This document shows, piece by piece, positions 36,169 to 47,258 of a stretch of DNA of 64,000 nucleotides. Position numbers and translations under genes: made by a program. The stretch spans positions 48,173 through 112,172 of IMG/VR virus record IMGVR_UViG_3300044878_000031. One strand, written 5' to 3'. A model generated the notes under the pieces. The model was not told the DNA's origin, ran no database searches, and saw nothing but the letters and a program-made list of their open reading frames with translations. Numbering within the stretch: the stretch's first letter is position 1; each line of letters opens with the position of its first letter. The stretch comes from a virus.

Positions 36169-37823
36169 TCTCCGGTCATGTTTCTCAAAACGAGTTGAAC
36201 AGTTTGAACGTTGCAGCTCGCTTTGAACCCACCCCGAGGATCGAGGTAAGCCTCACGGCTATTCAACAGGTTGTCGATTTCATCAATCGACTCTTTGGTA
36301 TAAAGGATGGTGGACGACGCCGTGTCACCGTCGAAGTCGGCATCCAGACCTGCTAGGCGGGACGGGTGAATCACCTGACTGTCTACGAAGGCAAACGGTT
36401 CTTTGGTTGGGAACTCCAACGCTAAGTGGTCTTCACCAATGATGTTCCAGTTGGCATCCAGCTCGTAACGCATTTCACCTACGATACTGGTTTTGGTGTA
36501 GATGCTCGACGGGTAGGTCGAACCAATACCAATTACCGGGTAACGCGTAACAATGGTCTTCAGGGTGTTCCACTTCTGGTAACCGGACAGGTACAACAAC
36601 TCAACCAGACTGATTGGCTGTACGTACTTGCGATCCCACCCTTCAGGCAGTTCAGAGATGTCACCGAAGATCTTGTAGACGCCAGCAATGCTCGCCTTGA
36701 TCGGTTCAGGGAACGGACCTTTGTAGATCAGCCCGAGGTAACGTCCTTCCACCATGATTGGCTTGTGACGGTTCTCAACGATACGATACGACTCGATGAC
36801 CTTCTCCAAACCTTCCACAGTGATCCAACGGTCACGAGTGTCCGCAGGTAGATCCACTACTTCAGAACGCAGAGTCTTCGGGTCCACCAAACGCGAGGTA
36901 GTCGAGGAGTCACCCACAGAGAACACAGTACCCAACCAACCGGTACGCAACAAGTGAATGGTCAGAGGCAGTGCGCCTTTGATCACTTGGAACAGACCGA
37001 GGATAGTGTCAGTGTAATCTGGAGAGTTGATCCCGTCCAAGTCAGCAGTGGAAGTGTCCATTGCCGAAATAACGTTACGAGTACCGTTGAAGATACGACG
37101 GCTACCGAACTTCTCTTGGATGAAACCTTTCTTCCCGGTCACCATCGCAAGGATAGTGTCGTAGACATCGTTAAAGCCCTGTTGGAGGCTCTTGCGACTG
37201 TTATCGTACAAAGGGGAGGACTCAGCACCGTCAGCGCCTACGATGACCTTAGAGGCACCGAGGATACGACGATAGATGTCGTTGATCTCATCTTGAGTAC
37301 CACGACCACTGGCATCAATCTGGAAGTCACGCAGACCAGCAGGCATCACCAGAATCTTCGAGGTGGTTGCAATCGACTGGTACTTGTTGATCATCCTGAT
37401 CCGTTCAGTACGAACAGGAGACTTGGACTCACGGAACTTGATCTTCTTCCAATGTTTCAGGAAGAAGGCGTAACCAGTTTGACCAGTCAGTTCGTTAGCG
37501 AGGATGAAGTCACCCTCTTTGTCATCAAAGGTAGCGAACGCAGTGCCACCCATGATGTCACGATATAGACCCCGCAGTTGAACCAACGCACGGTAGATGG
37601 TGGGATGGAAAACGTTCAGGTGGATGTCGATGTACGAGAACTTAGTGTCCCGCAATTCGTCACCCACTCGACCGAACGTCAAGATACTAAACAGACCATC
37701 CTCGTGGAAGTTGCCAGTCACCCCGTCATAAACGTCGGGGGATTTCACTGGTCGCAGGAACTTCAGTTTCTCAGCGGTGAGATTGAGAATGGACACGTTA
37801 AAAGGTATTTGGCTATTCTTCAT
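36165..37823 (-). CDS. virion RNA polymerase beta' subunit, catalytic part (phiKZ gp180-like)
   Basis: DGLFS..TFG, GKKGFI...SRR...TRNVI, RYP, catalytic DADFDGD. Confidence 0.95.
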   Translation of the reverse strand: MKNSQIPFNVSILNLTAEKLKFLRPVKSPDVYDGVTGNFHEDGLFSILTFGRVGDELRDTKFSYIDIHLNVFHPTIYRALVQLRGLYRDIMGGTAFATFDDKEGDFILANELTGQTGYAFFLKHWKKIKFRESKSPVRTERIRMINKYQSIATTSKILVMPAGLRDFQIDASGRGTQDEINDIYRRILGASKVIVGADGAESSPLYDNSRKSLQQGFNDVYDTILAMVTGKKGFIQEKFGSRRIFNGTRNVISAMDTSTADLDGINSPDYTDTILGLFQVIKGALPLTIHLLRTGWLGTVFSVGDSSTTSRLVDPKTLRSEVVDLPADTRDRWITVEGLEKVIESYRIVENRHKPIMVEGRYLGLIYKGPFPEPIKASIAGVYKIFGDISELPEGWDRKYVQPISLVELLYLSGYQKWNTLKTIVTRYPVIGIGSTYPSSIYTKTSIVGEMRYELDANWNIIGEDHLALEFPTKEPFAFVDSQVIHPSRLAGLDADFDGDTASSTILYTKESIDEIDNLLNSREAYLDPRGGFKASCNVQTVQLVLRNMTGD

Positions 37824-37883
37824 GGCAACTCTCAGGAATTTATATGAATACCACTACTACACCCAAGAGCCGGGAGCATTACC

Positions 37884-40800
37884 ATGGCTAAGGATAAAAA
37901 CGAATTAGAGGATGATGACCTCGGGAGTTTTGACGATTTCGAGTTTGGTGATGATTTCGGAGATTTCGATACACCACCTGCACCCGACGATCGTAAACCC
38001 ATCACTAAGGTTGCAACCTCGTTCTTAGCTGGGGCTGCCGAAGAGCTAACCGACCCAACGCGCGTCAAGAAGATGACGTTGGATGCCCTACCAAAGGGCT
38101 ACGGCAAAGCGGCTGACCTGGTTGATAACGTAGCGGCAACTGGGCGCGATCTATACCATACGACCGCCGAGGAATTGAAGCCGGTAATCCGTGACGCCAA
38201 ACGCTTAGGTCGTCGCGCTTTACCGGCAGTAAAAGGCCTTCTGCCCGATCGTATCGCCAAGAAGCTGGAAGAGATCACCAAGGAAGAACCGTCCGGTCCT
38301 TCCGTCCAGCAGACTCGTGATTCTCAGATGCAGTCTGAGGTGTCTGACATCTTCAAACTCCAAATGGAGAATGATGCTCAGGCTCGGGAAGAGGACAACA
38401 TCGAGAAGCAGTCTCAGCGCAAGCAAGACACTGCACGCTTCAAGACCGAACTGCAAACCCTGAACTCGATCCTTTCGGGGATCAATCGTCAGGTAGCTTA
38501 CCAAGATCAGATTGCGTCGAAGTACCAACGCAAACACTTGGAGCTGGAATACCTCCAGTACTTTACTCTCCGCGACACCTTTGAGTTGCACAAGGCTTCT
38601 GCTAAAGAAACCAAACAACAACTCCAAGACATCGTCAAGAACACTGGCCTCCCTGAATTCGTCAAGTCCAACTTGTCAGAGCACAGCGGTCACTTGTTCC
38701 GTGAGAAGCTGTTGAGTGCTGCCTCGTCGAAGGTGAAAGACTTCGCTGGTCAGTTCCTTGGTAAGTACAAAGACAACATCGTCAAATCCATCAAAGGGAA
38801 CGTTGCTAGCTTTAAAGACTCTGCGATGCAGGGCCTGACGGCTGGCGATATGTTGTTGGATGCTCGTGAGATGCAAGCGGAGACCGGTGAGAAATCCGAT
38901 CCGTACAAGTCTGGCGGGAACATGGCGGGTAAGATGCTGGGTGGTTACGCTGGCGACAAGCTGGCTAAACTCCTACGTCCTCTGTTGGAAGCCAACCCCG
39001 GCATTGCGAAGATGGGTAACAAGTTGGAATACGGGGTGGATAACCTCCCAGCTTTGATCTCTGACTGGATGAAAGGTGACCAAGGTGAGAACACCGGTTC
39101 GCCGGGTTGGAACAAGTTCCTCCGTGCGTTCAAAGACCTGGCCCCAGTCAACGTCGTAGATAACAAAGTGGGTGAGTCGGACCTGATCAAGTCTCAGGAC
39201 GCTGTACCGTTCACACACTTGGCCCGTAAGTCGCTGACTGACATTATCCCTGGATACCTCTCTCGGATTCACCACGAGTTGGCGATCATCCGTACAGGTG
39301 ATCCATCTATCAAACGCTTGAGCTATGATCTCAAAGACGGTTCGTTTGCTACGATGGACAAGATCTCTAAGAGCTTGGCTGGTAGCTTGTTTGACCAGAC
39401 CAAGAACTTCGATGGTGTCAAGGACACGACTAACAAGTTAATTGACGAACTCGAATCTAAACAGGGTGAGAAGCTTTCACCTAAACTGCGGAAGGAACTC
39501 TACGATAAGTTCATTGGCGAAGCTGCTTCAGGACAAGGCCGTTTTGACGTTAAGAAGCTGGCGGATGTAGACACGTGGTCACACCTCAGTGACGACGAGG
39601 CTCTCAAGCTTTCCTACATGTTCAGTGATGACGTGGGGGAAGACCGACAGAACGAGATGTCGAAGCACTTCTTGAAGATCCGGGATCACGTTAACAACCC
39701 AACTGATGCGATCAAAGGAATGATCAACTCAGGTCAGCAAGAGTCTCTTCGGGACCTCGGCTTGATTACGGGTGAAGGTGAAAACCGTGAAGTCAGCCAA
39801 GAACGCATTATTGAAATATTAAGGCAAGGGGGCTTCGGTGAACCAACTGATAGCGGAACTAATCCTCTTGGTGGCCCTCCTCACAATCCTAACAACGGTC
39901 CTAATGGTGGAAATGGTCTTGGCGGTCTTCGGACTCCCAACCCTGCTCCTAAAGGCGCTTGGAAGGATGCAGAGAAAGTAGCGACTCCGAAGAACCCGAA
40001 CGAGTTCATGGAAACGATCGGGGAATACCAGATGCTCCTCCTCGAGGACATCCGCAAAGGAATCGCGAACCCTGCTGCCTTAGCTCAATACGCAGACGCT
40101 GCTCGCAACGATCCGAAAGCAAGTGAGGAAGAGTGCACTTGTGTTGACAAGATGATCGAAGCCTACAACGCCGGTAACGAGCAACTGGTGAAACAGCTCA
40201 GTGCAATGTACGAGGTGTTAATCTCCGGTCAGCTCCAAACCATGTCGATGAACATCCCGTTCGACCCTGAGAAATTGGGGATGCGTACGTTGGGTGGACA
40301 TCTGGGTGCTGGATTAGGGAAGTTGAAGGGTGCTGGCAAGTGGGGCTTTGGTAAAGTCTCTAGCTTCTACAAAGGAGCTATTGGTCTCCAAGGCAAGATC
40401 ATCAAGGGTGGCTTCAAAGGAGCATGGGCTGGCGCTAAAGGTGCTGGTAACCTACTCTTCGGTAAAGCCAAAGACAAGCTCAACGAATGGGGCGACGTCT
40501 ACATCAAAGGTCATGCTCGTCCGATCTTGACGTGGGCTCAACTCAAAGCGGGTGAGTACCTCAACGAAGACGGCACTCCTATTACGTCATGGAAAGACGT
40601 TAAGGGTCCGGTTAAGAACAAAGCGGGTCAGTACATCCTCACAGCCGAACAGTTCGCTCAAGGTCTGGTAGATGAACAAGCCCGTCCGATGTTCACCAAG
40701 CTGCTCGACTTCGGGAAGAACTTCGCTTCTCGAGTCACTGGTTTCATCACCTCTCCTTTCAAAGCGATTAAATCCGCAATGAAGAACACGTGGAACATGG

Positions 40801-43800
40801 CGAAGAATATCGTCGAACGTCCACGTGACATGTACATCCCCGGTAACCCTGTGCCAGTGCTGTTGGCTTCTGTCATGGCCGCTGGTGGTTATCGTAACGC
40901 TGATGGTTCTCCGATCCTTAAATGGACGGACATCAAAGGCACGGTGTACGACCTGGAGAACAACGTAGTGGTTTCTCTGGAAACCATGCGTCAAGGGTTG
41001 GTGGACATCGCAGGTAAGAAACTCCAGACACTCAAGGGTGCTATCTGGGGCGGTGTTAAGTCTCTGGTCGGTGGTGCATTCAGCATGGGTCGTAAAGTGC
41101 TGGGTAGTGCCAAGTCGATGCTAGGCAAAGGCATCGGTGCGTTGAAGAAGGGTGCCTCTGGTCTGATGGGAATGGCCAAAGGTAAACTCAAAGGCATGAA
41201 GATGCCTGGGTTCGGTGGTAGCTCCGAGATGATGGAAGTCATCGGTGAGTACCAGATCCTGTTACTCGAAGAGATTCGAGACGGTATCCGTGACCTCAAA
41301 CCTCGGACTGTTCGCGGTGACGTGGATGGTGACGGTGTACGGGAAGGTTCATCGGCGTTCTTGAGTGCACGTCGCAAGAAGACTCGTGAGGAACGGGAAG
41401 CCAAACAGAAGGCCAAGGACGACGAACGCAAAGGGAAACAACCAGAGAAGAAAAGCGGTCTGATGGGCATCTTGATGTCCATGGCGGGTATGTTGGGAGC
41501 GATCCCAGTAGCTCTGCAAAAGATGGCAACTGCTCTGAGTATCAAGAAGGCGGCTGGCTTAGCAGGTGATCTGTTAGGTTCCGCTGGTGACATGGCTGGT
41601 CGTGGTCGTCGGGGTGGTGCCCTGCGTACCGGTGGTCGTCTGTTGGGTCGTGCGGCAATGGGTGCTGGTCGCTTAGCGATGGGCGTCGGTCGTTTCGCAC
41701 TGGGTGGTACTGGTACGTTGATTCGTGGTGCTTGGGCGTTAGGCTCTGCTGCGATTGGTGTGCTCGGTGCTCCGATTGTTCTGGGTGCTGCTGCTGTAGC
41801 TGCTGTAGGCTATCTGGCTTACAAAGGTTACAAGGCGTACAAGAAGTCACAGAACTCTGACCTGCTCAAGTACCGTATTGCACAGTACGGTATCGACATC
41901 GAAGACGAAGACCAAGCTGGCAAGATTTTCGAGTTAGAAGCTATCGTTGCTCCGGCAGTGAAGTTCAACTCTACCCAGCCAAAAATCGAATGGAAAGAGA
42001 TCAAGGTCGAACGCATCAAGGAACTGTTCGGTCTGAAGGATGACGACAAAGAAGGCATTGATCGCTTCGGTCGTTGGTTCGAAACTCGTTTCGGTCCAGT
42101 CCTGATCTCTCACTTGAAAATGCTCCAGAAGTATTCAACCAGCACCAAGCTGGAAGAAGCTGACGAAGCGGTGAAGATTGAAGACAAACTGAAGTTCTTG
42201 GAAGGCGTGCAAGTTGACGACCCTGAAAAGACTTACGGTGATCTGACGTCTCCGTTCGATGAAGACAATCTGAAACTCGATGCTGAAGGAGTGAAGAAAG
42301 TCTACGACGCTGTGGTTGCTCACATTAAGGAGAACCTCCCTGAGAAGGGTAAAGGTACTGCTGAAGAACCGAAGACTGCGGCTAAGGATGCTGCTGCCTC
42401 TGTTGCTGCTGCGGGAGCTGCTGCCGCTACAATGAAACAGAAAGGCTTCATGGATGGAGTCAAAGACGCCCTAGCTAATACTTGGGTGGCTAAAACTGGT
42501 GGCATGATTGCTGCTGGTGCTTCGGCAATCTTTGGGGTGTTGGCTAAACCTTACGTGGGTATGTTCAACTGGATCAAAGAGAAGATCTTTGGTAAGGACT
42601 TCAAAGTTCCGTCTATCCTCAATCGAGAGATTGACCCGTTAACCAGTATTCGTTACCGGTTGTACGGTGTGCACTCGATGGAGTACGCTCGTGTTTCTCC
42701 GATCTCCAAATTGGAAGAGGTGGTCATTGAAGACATCTCCTACAACGGACAGAAGAAAGCACAATTTGACGGTGACGCAGAGGACGTGTGGAAAGAAGTA
42801 GCGGGGATGTTTACCACTACTCCAGACTCCGAAGAAGTCATGAAACGTTGGACAGATTGGTTCAGTAACCGTTTCCTCCCGGTGCTGATCAATTACCTCA
42901 CCGCTGTTCGCAGCTTCAAGAACAACGGTAACCCGTTCGAAGCTTACGACATGCTCCGTGCCTCTCAGAGTTTGGAGGTTGCTCGGTTCATGAACTCGGC
43001 TAACGCTGAGGAAGACACTAAGTCTGAGAACAACCGTTCTGTTTGGGGAGTCTCAACCTCTCCGTTCGATGACTATCCGCTCAACACGGATGCCAAGTCT
43101 ATTGAACCGTTCATGTCTGTCTTGCAGCAGGATGCTAACCAAGAGATTCTGAACGAGAAAGTCAAAACAGGACAGGCTGCTAAGACGCAGTCAATGGTCA
43201 ACAAGGCATTGGGTACTAACGGTTCTAACGGACCGGTTGGTATGATGGCAATGGATCGTGGTAACGCTGTTCGGTCTGGTGGTAGCAGTGCATTGTTGAA
43301 AGCAATGTACGGTTCGATGCAGACGGCTGGTGGAGACGCCGGTTACATGAACGGTGGTCTGGCGGTGGAACACCCAGGTAACGGGACTGGCGGTAGTGTC
43401 AATGACCTGCCAAAGATCACCGGTGCTGATGGTCAGTACTCTTCCTACAAAGACATGATCGTTGCTGTATCGAAGATGGTGGGTGTCGATCCTGGATTGA
43501 TGGCTACCATGGCAGCCTTGGAGTCTAACTTCCAAGGGTCGGTTAAAGCCTCCTCGTCGTCAGCGTCTGGTCTCTACCAGTTCATTGACGCTACGTGGAA
43601 AACGATGTTAGGTAAGTACGGTGCGAAGTATGGACTCGATCCTAACACACCTCCAACTGATCCTCGTGCTAACGCCTTGATTGGTGCAGAGTACATCCGG
43701 GAGAACGCGGAGAAGTTAGAGAAAGGTCTCGGTCGCAAACCTACGGACACTGACATCTACTTGGCACACTTCTTGGGTCCTAACGGGGCTCTGAAGTTCC

Positions 43801-45218
43801 TGTCGAGTAATGGCTCGGCTAACGCTGCTACGATCATGCCGAAAGCCGCTAACGCTAACAAGTCGATCTTCTTTGCTGACGGACGTCCTCGGACCATCAG
43901 TCAGGTTTACGCAGAGATTGACCGTCGTGTTAAAGTCAAGCGTGACATGTACGCTGGTGATGCTCGTTCGGCTATGGGCATGGCTCCGGGTACTGCCAAC
44001 ACACCAACTCCTGCTATCCCAGGGGTAACTGCAAGTGCTGGTCTGGGGATGTCGGCTGCGGCCAATGATCCAGGTACTGCTAGCGGTGGTGGTGCTAGTG
44101 TGCCTTCGATGGGTACTGGTACTGTTGGTATCATGGCTCCTTCTAGTGCTCCGTCTCCTTCGGGTGGTGGTTCGTCTAAAGGGCCAATCGGGATCATGGC
44201 ACCGGCTGCTAACCAAGGGCCTGTGAGTGCGTCACAGCAAGCTTTGGCAACCAACCCGAATCTGAGTTCAGCAGAATCCGCAGGCAACGCTACCCTGCAA
44301 CGTGAGAAGTCAACAGACGGTGGTACATTCGGTAAGCTCACGCTGCCAGATGGCACTACGTTCAACACCTTGGAATTACCATGGCGTAACAATGAGTCTG
44401 GTAAGTCCTGCATCCCTCCAGGGACGTACAAAGTCGAGACGCGGAACTCTCCGAAGTTCGGTCCTGGCACGTACGAGGTGAAAGGTGTACCTGGTCGTAC
44501 TGCGATCCTGATCCACTCCGGGAACTACGCCGGTAATGTGGATAAAGGTCAAAAGTCGAACGTCGAAGGTTGCATCTTGTTGGGCTTCTCTCGCTCAACG
44601 CAATCTGGTCAGCCGATGATTCAAGAATCACGGGCAGCCATGCAAGCGTTCACAGAGAAGATGGCCGGGAGACCGTTCGTCCTAACTGTGGTCAGTGCGG
44701 AAGGTGACACCGTTGCTCCGGCAGCACCAGCTAGCAATACTGGGGTGTCTCCGTTGGCGCAGTCGGTTGGTGCAACAATGCCAACCACCACTACGCCATC
44801 CACGTCGGCTCCTACGCCGTACGTTGCACCGGTGAGTCAGAGCGTCGCTGGACCGAACTACTCGGGTGGCGGTGGAGAACCTTCACTGGGTGCTCCTGAA
44901 GCAACACTGCTTCGTAAACAACAGGCGGAACGTGAAGCACAAGCGACTCAGCTCCAGAGCATGAACGCTGATGCAACACTGAACCAAAACGTTGGGTCTA
45001 TTACAGACTGGCTGAGCAAGCAGTTGGAAGTGCAAGAGAAGATGGCTGCGTCGTTGGAAAGCATCGACAAGAACATCGCAGGACTGGCTACTGGGGAAGC
45101 AGCGAAAGCCGCAGAACCTGCTAAGCCGGAAGCGCCAGCACCTACCAACCGTGGAGCACGCCCTGCTGAAGTAGCTGTACGCACTACTCCGATTAGCATG
45201 AAACGGATGAGGGCATAA
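37884..45218 (+). CDS. tape measure protein with lytic transglycosylase and DUF5675-like domains (phiKZ gp181-like)
   Basis: 2444 aa; SLT motifs ALES, ASGLYQFIDATW, YLAHFLG (~43455-43925); TLELPW..N, SCIP.GTY, ILIHSGN, EGCILLG (~44295-44695). Confidence 0.9.
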   Translation: MAKDKNELEDDDLGSFDDFEFGDDFGDFDTPPAPDDRKPITKVATSFLAGAAEELTDPTRVKKMTLDALPKGYGKAADLVDNVAATGRDLYHTTAEELKPVIRDAKRLGRRALPAVKGLLPDRIAKKLEEITKEEPSGPSVQQTRDSQMQSEVSDIFKLQMENDAQAREEDNIEKQSQRKQDTARFKTELQTLNSILSGINRQVAYQDQIASKYQRKHLELEYLQYFTLRDTFELHKASAKETKQQLQDIVKNTGLPEFVKSNLSEHSGHLFREKLLSAASSKVKDFAGQFLGKYKDNIVKSIKGNVASFKDSAMQGLTAGDMLLDAREMQAETGEKSDPYKSGGNMAGKMLGGYAGDKLAKLLRPLLEANPGIAKMGNKLEYGVDNLPALISDWMKGDQGENTGSPGWNKFLRAFKDLAPVNVVDNKVGESDLIKSQDAVPFTHLARKSLTDIIPGYLSRIHHELAIIRTGDPSIKRLSYDLKDGSFATMDKISKSLAGSLFDQTKNFDGVKDTTNKLIDELESKQGEKLSPKLRKELYDKFIGEAASGQGRFDVKKLADVDTWSHLSDDEALKLSYMFSDDVGEDRQNEMSKHFLKIRDHVNNPTDAIKGMINSGQQESLRDLGLITGEGENREVSQERIIEILRQGGFGEPTDSGTNPLGGPPHNPNNGPNGGNGLGGLRTPNPAPKGAWKDAEKVATPKNPNEFMETIGEYQMLLLEDIRKGIANPAALAQYADAARNDPKASEEECTCVDKMIEAYNAGNEQLVKQLSAMYEVLISGQLQTMSMNIPFDPEKLGMRTLGGHLGAGLGKLKGAGKWGFGKVSSFYKGAIGLQGKIIKGGFKGAWAGAKGAGNLLFGKAKDKLNEWGDVYIKGHARPILTWAQLKAGEYLNEDGTPITSWKDVKGPVKNKAGQYILTAEQFAQGLVDEQARPMFTKLLDFGKNFASRVTGFITSPFKAIKSAMKNTWNMAKNIVERPRDMYIPGNPVPVLLASVMAAGGYRNADGSPILKWTDIKGTVYDLENNVVVSLETMRQGLVDIAGKKLQTLKGAIWGGVKSLVGGAFSMGRKVLGSAKSMLGKGIGALKKGASGLMGMAKGKLKGMKMPGFGGSSEMMEVIGEYQILLLEEIRDGIRDLKPRTVRGDVDGDGVREGSSAFLSARRKKTREEREAKQKAKDDERKGKQPEKKSGLMGILMSMAGMLGAIPVALQKMATALSIKKAAGLAGDLLGSAGDMAGRGRRGGALRTGGRLLGRAAMGAGRLAMGVGRFALGGTGTLIRGAWALGSAAIGVLGAPIVLGAAAVAAVGYLAYKGYKAYKKSQNSDLLKYRIAQYGIDIEDEDQAGKIFELEAIVAPAVKFNSTQPKIEWKEIKVERIKELFGLKDDDKEGIDRFGRWFETRFGPVLISHLKMLQKYSTSTKLEEADEAVKIEDKLKFLEGVQVDDPEKTYGDLTSPFDEDNLKLDAEGVKKVYDAVVAHIKENLPEKGKGTAEEPKTAAKDAAASVAAAGAAAATMKQKGFMDGVKDALANTWVAKTGGMIAAGASAIFGVLAKPYVGMFNWIKEKIFGKDFKVPSILNREIDPLTSIRYRLYGVHSMEYARVSPISKLEEVVIEDISYNGQKKAQFDGDAEDVWKEVAGMFTTTPDSEEVMKRWTDWFSNRFLPVLINYLTAVRSFKNNGNPFEAYDMLRASQSLEVARFMNSANAEEDTKSENNRSVWGVSTSPFDDYPLNTDAKSIEPFMSVLQQDANQEILNEKVKTGQAAKTQSMVNKALGTNGSNGPVGMMAMDRGNAVRSGGSSALLKAMYGSMQTAGGDAGYMNGGLAVEHPGNGTGGSVNDLPKITGADGQYSSYKDMIVAVSKMVGVDPGLMATMAALESNFQGSVKASSSSASGLYQFIDATWKTMLGKYGAKYGLDPNTPPTDPRANALIGAEYIRENAEKLEKGLGRKPTDTDIYLAHFLGPNGALKFLSSNGSANAATIMPKAANANKSIFFADGRPRTISQVYAEIDRRVKVKRDMYAGDARSAMGMAPGTANTPTPAIPGVTASAGLGMSAAANDPGTASGGGASVPSMGTGTVGIMAPSSAPSPSGGGSSKGPIGIMAPAANQGPVSASQQALATNPNLSSAESAGNATLQREKSTDGGTFGKLTLPDGTTFNTLELPWRNNESGKSCIPPGTYKVETRNSPKFGPGTYEVKGVPGRTAILIHSGNYAGNVDKGQKSNVEGCILLGFSRSTQSGQPMIQESRAAMQAFTEKMAGRPFVLTVVSAEGDTVAPAAPASNTGVSPLAQSVGATMPTTTTPSTSAPTPYVAPVSQSVAGPNYSGGGGEPSLGAPEATLLRKQQAEREAQATQLQSMNADATLNQNVGSITDWLSKQLEVQEKMAASLESIDKNIAGLATGEAAKAAEPAKPEAPAPTNRGARPAEVAVRTTPISMKRMRA

Positions 45219-45261
45219 ACGGAGAGGGGGCAACCCCTCTCCTTTCTCTAGAGGTCAGACC

Positions 45262-47217
45262 ATGGCTGATGTTAAGGATACAGACTGGATCAGACAATCG
45301 TTTATGTTGCCTCGCAAGACTATTGCGAACGCGGACTCTATCCGACGGACTCTAACTGATGCTCGGTTCAAGTTTACCGATACGACGTTAGGGGGCAACT
45401 TTGCGATTAACCCTCCACCACAGTTTACTCGTTATGCCGACTTGGTTGTTCCAAGTTTGTACAGCAAGTCAACCGGTATGGGTCGCTACTACAGTGAGGC
45501 CATTGACGACAACGCACAATTGATCCACATGCGTTTTGGTGTCCCGGAGTTTAACTCCCTCACGAACTTCTTCTTCAACTTCTACAACCCACAAGCTGCT
45601 ACATTGGCACGAACCGGTCGGGCTAACCCCCTGTCGTTCGCGTTGGGTAAATTGCTCGGTACGGTACTCACCCTGCCAGTCCAACTGTTTATCACAGCGG
45701 GCTCGGCACTGAACTTTTTCTTAGGTCGTCCTACGTCGAAGTACTACTACCTGAAACCAGCAATGCCTCTGTACTGGAACGCAGTGAACACCATTGCGAA
45801 CGGTATCGCGGTGAACATGGGTCTCACTCCTCGTAGCTTCCAAGACGAAGAGAAGAAGTCCATGCCTGGGACTATTGAGAACCAACAAGAACAAAACAAG
45901 TACTACCACGCACTCAACCCAGAGATCTGGCACGAGTCTGGTCAGATTGACGTCTACTCGTTGGCTACCCGAGCACAGCGCTTGGCGAACAGTCAACGAG
46001 AGAAGATGGAGGAGATCCTCGAAACCCGAGAGTCTCCAGAAGCCATCCGTAACGCGATCTTGCAGTATCGTCAAACTCCTCAGTTGAACGACAACCGTAT
46101 CCACAAAGACTTCGAAGCGTACCTAGCTGCTTATCAGGGCTTGAACGAACGGCAGTCGGATACTGACGATGGCTCGGCTGAGAAGACAGGCGATAAACGT
46201 GAGTACAAGAAGTCGCTGTTGGACTTCATGGAAGCAGAACACAACGACGGTGCCCAATGGGTTACGTTCAACGTGGAGCACACTGGTACAGCAGCAGAGA
46301 GCTTTAACAGCTCGACGCGTGAATCAGACATCTCCTCGAAACTGAACGGTCTGTCGGCTACTGGTCGTTCGGCGCGCTTCTCCACGGCGGATGGTCAAAC
46401 CGGTATCAACCCACTCGATAGTGTGATGTCGATGGTGGGTAGCTTTATCGACGGTGCTCTGGAATCTGTGAAGCTCTCAGGCTTGATGGCGTTCTCGGGT
46501 ATGGCGATTGCTGACATTCCAAAGATGTGGGAATCGTCGTCTGCTCAGATGCCACGGATGGACTACACCATTAAGTTGCGTACTCCATACGGGAACAAGT
46601 TCTCCCGGTTCTGTGACCTCTACGTTCCACTGTCGATGTTACTCGCAGCAGCCTTGCCGCTGTCCACGGGTAAACAATCGTACACCAGTCCGTTCCTCGT
46701 AGAACTCTACTCTAAAGGTCGGGGTCAAACTCGTCTGGGGATGTTGGAGTCCTTAAGTATCACTCGGGGTGCTGGTAACCTCGGTTGGACACAGGACGGT
46801 GAAGCACTCGGTATTGACGTGACGTTCTCGGTGGTGGATCTGTCTACCATCATGCACATGCCAATCAACGCAGGCTTCTCTCTCAACGATGCTGCGGCTA
46901 TCGGTGTGGGTACTGCAACTGCGCTGTTAGGTGGTGGCGGTGTGAAAGCTGTAGCTGCTGGTGCTTCGATGGTGGCCGGTACTGACTTTGCTAAGGGTGT
47001 GTTTGCTGAGGACACTATGTTCTCGGACTACCTGGCAATCCTCAGTAGTATGTCACTGACGGAACAAACGTACACCTATCAAAAGCTCAGGCTCAACCTA
47101 GCTCGACAGATGGGTTCCATGAATACGTTCTTCTCGAAGTCTCACTTCTCGAACTGGTTCATGAACACGGCTCCTGCACGACTGATCTCTGGTTTTGCAA
47201 CGGGCACTGGTCTTTAG
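45262..47217 (+). CDS. tail/baseplate hub protein (phiKZ gp182-like)
   Basis: KFTDTTLGGNFAINPPPQFTRYAD, SYTSPF; follows tape measure. Confidence 0.8.
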   Translation: MADVKDTDWIRQSFMLPRKTIANADSIRRTLTDARFKFTDTTLGGNFAINPPPQFTRYADLVVPSLYSKSTGMGRYYSEAIDDNAQLIHMRFGVPEFNSLTNFFFNFYNPQAATLARTGRANPLSFALGKLLGTVLTLPVQLFITAGSALNFFLGRPTSKYYYLKPAMPLYWNAVNTIANGIAVNMGLTPRSFQDEEKKSMPGTIENQQEQNKYYHALNPEIWHESGQIDVYSLATRAQRLANSQREKMEEILETRESPEAIRNAILQYRQTPQLNDNRIHKDFEAYLAAYQGLNERQSDTDDGSAEKTGDKREYKKSLLDFMEAEHNDGAQWVTFNVEHTGTAAESFNSSTRESDISSKLNGLSATGRSARFSTADGQTGINPLDSVMSMVGSFIDGALESVKLSGLMAFSGMAIADIPKMWESSSAQMPRMDYTIKLRTPYGNKFSRFCDLYVPLSMLLAAALPLSTGKQSYTSPFLVELYSKGRGQTRLGMLESLSITRGAGNLGWTQDGEALGIDVTFSVVDLSTIMHMPINAGFSLNDAAAIGVGTATALLGGGGVKAVAAGASMVAGTDFAKGVFAEDTMFSDYLAILSSMSLTEQTYTYQKLRLNLARQMGSMNTFFSKSHFSNWFMNTAPARLISGFATGTGL

Positions 47218-47220
47218 AGA

Positions 47221-47257
47221 CGGCATAGGGGAGGGCACTGGCCCTCCCTTTATGTCG
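47221..47257. terminator. bidirectional hairpin/TATGCCG element
   Basis: CGGCATA-GGGGAGGGC/GCCCTCCCTT-TATGTCG. Confidence 0.75.
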
Positions 47258-47258
47258 C

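Noticed and set aside
11948-37823. Introns, inteins or homing endonucleases in terminase or vRNAP genes
   Set aside because: ORFs are continuous and of expected size; no intein, HNH or LAGLIDADG motifs seen
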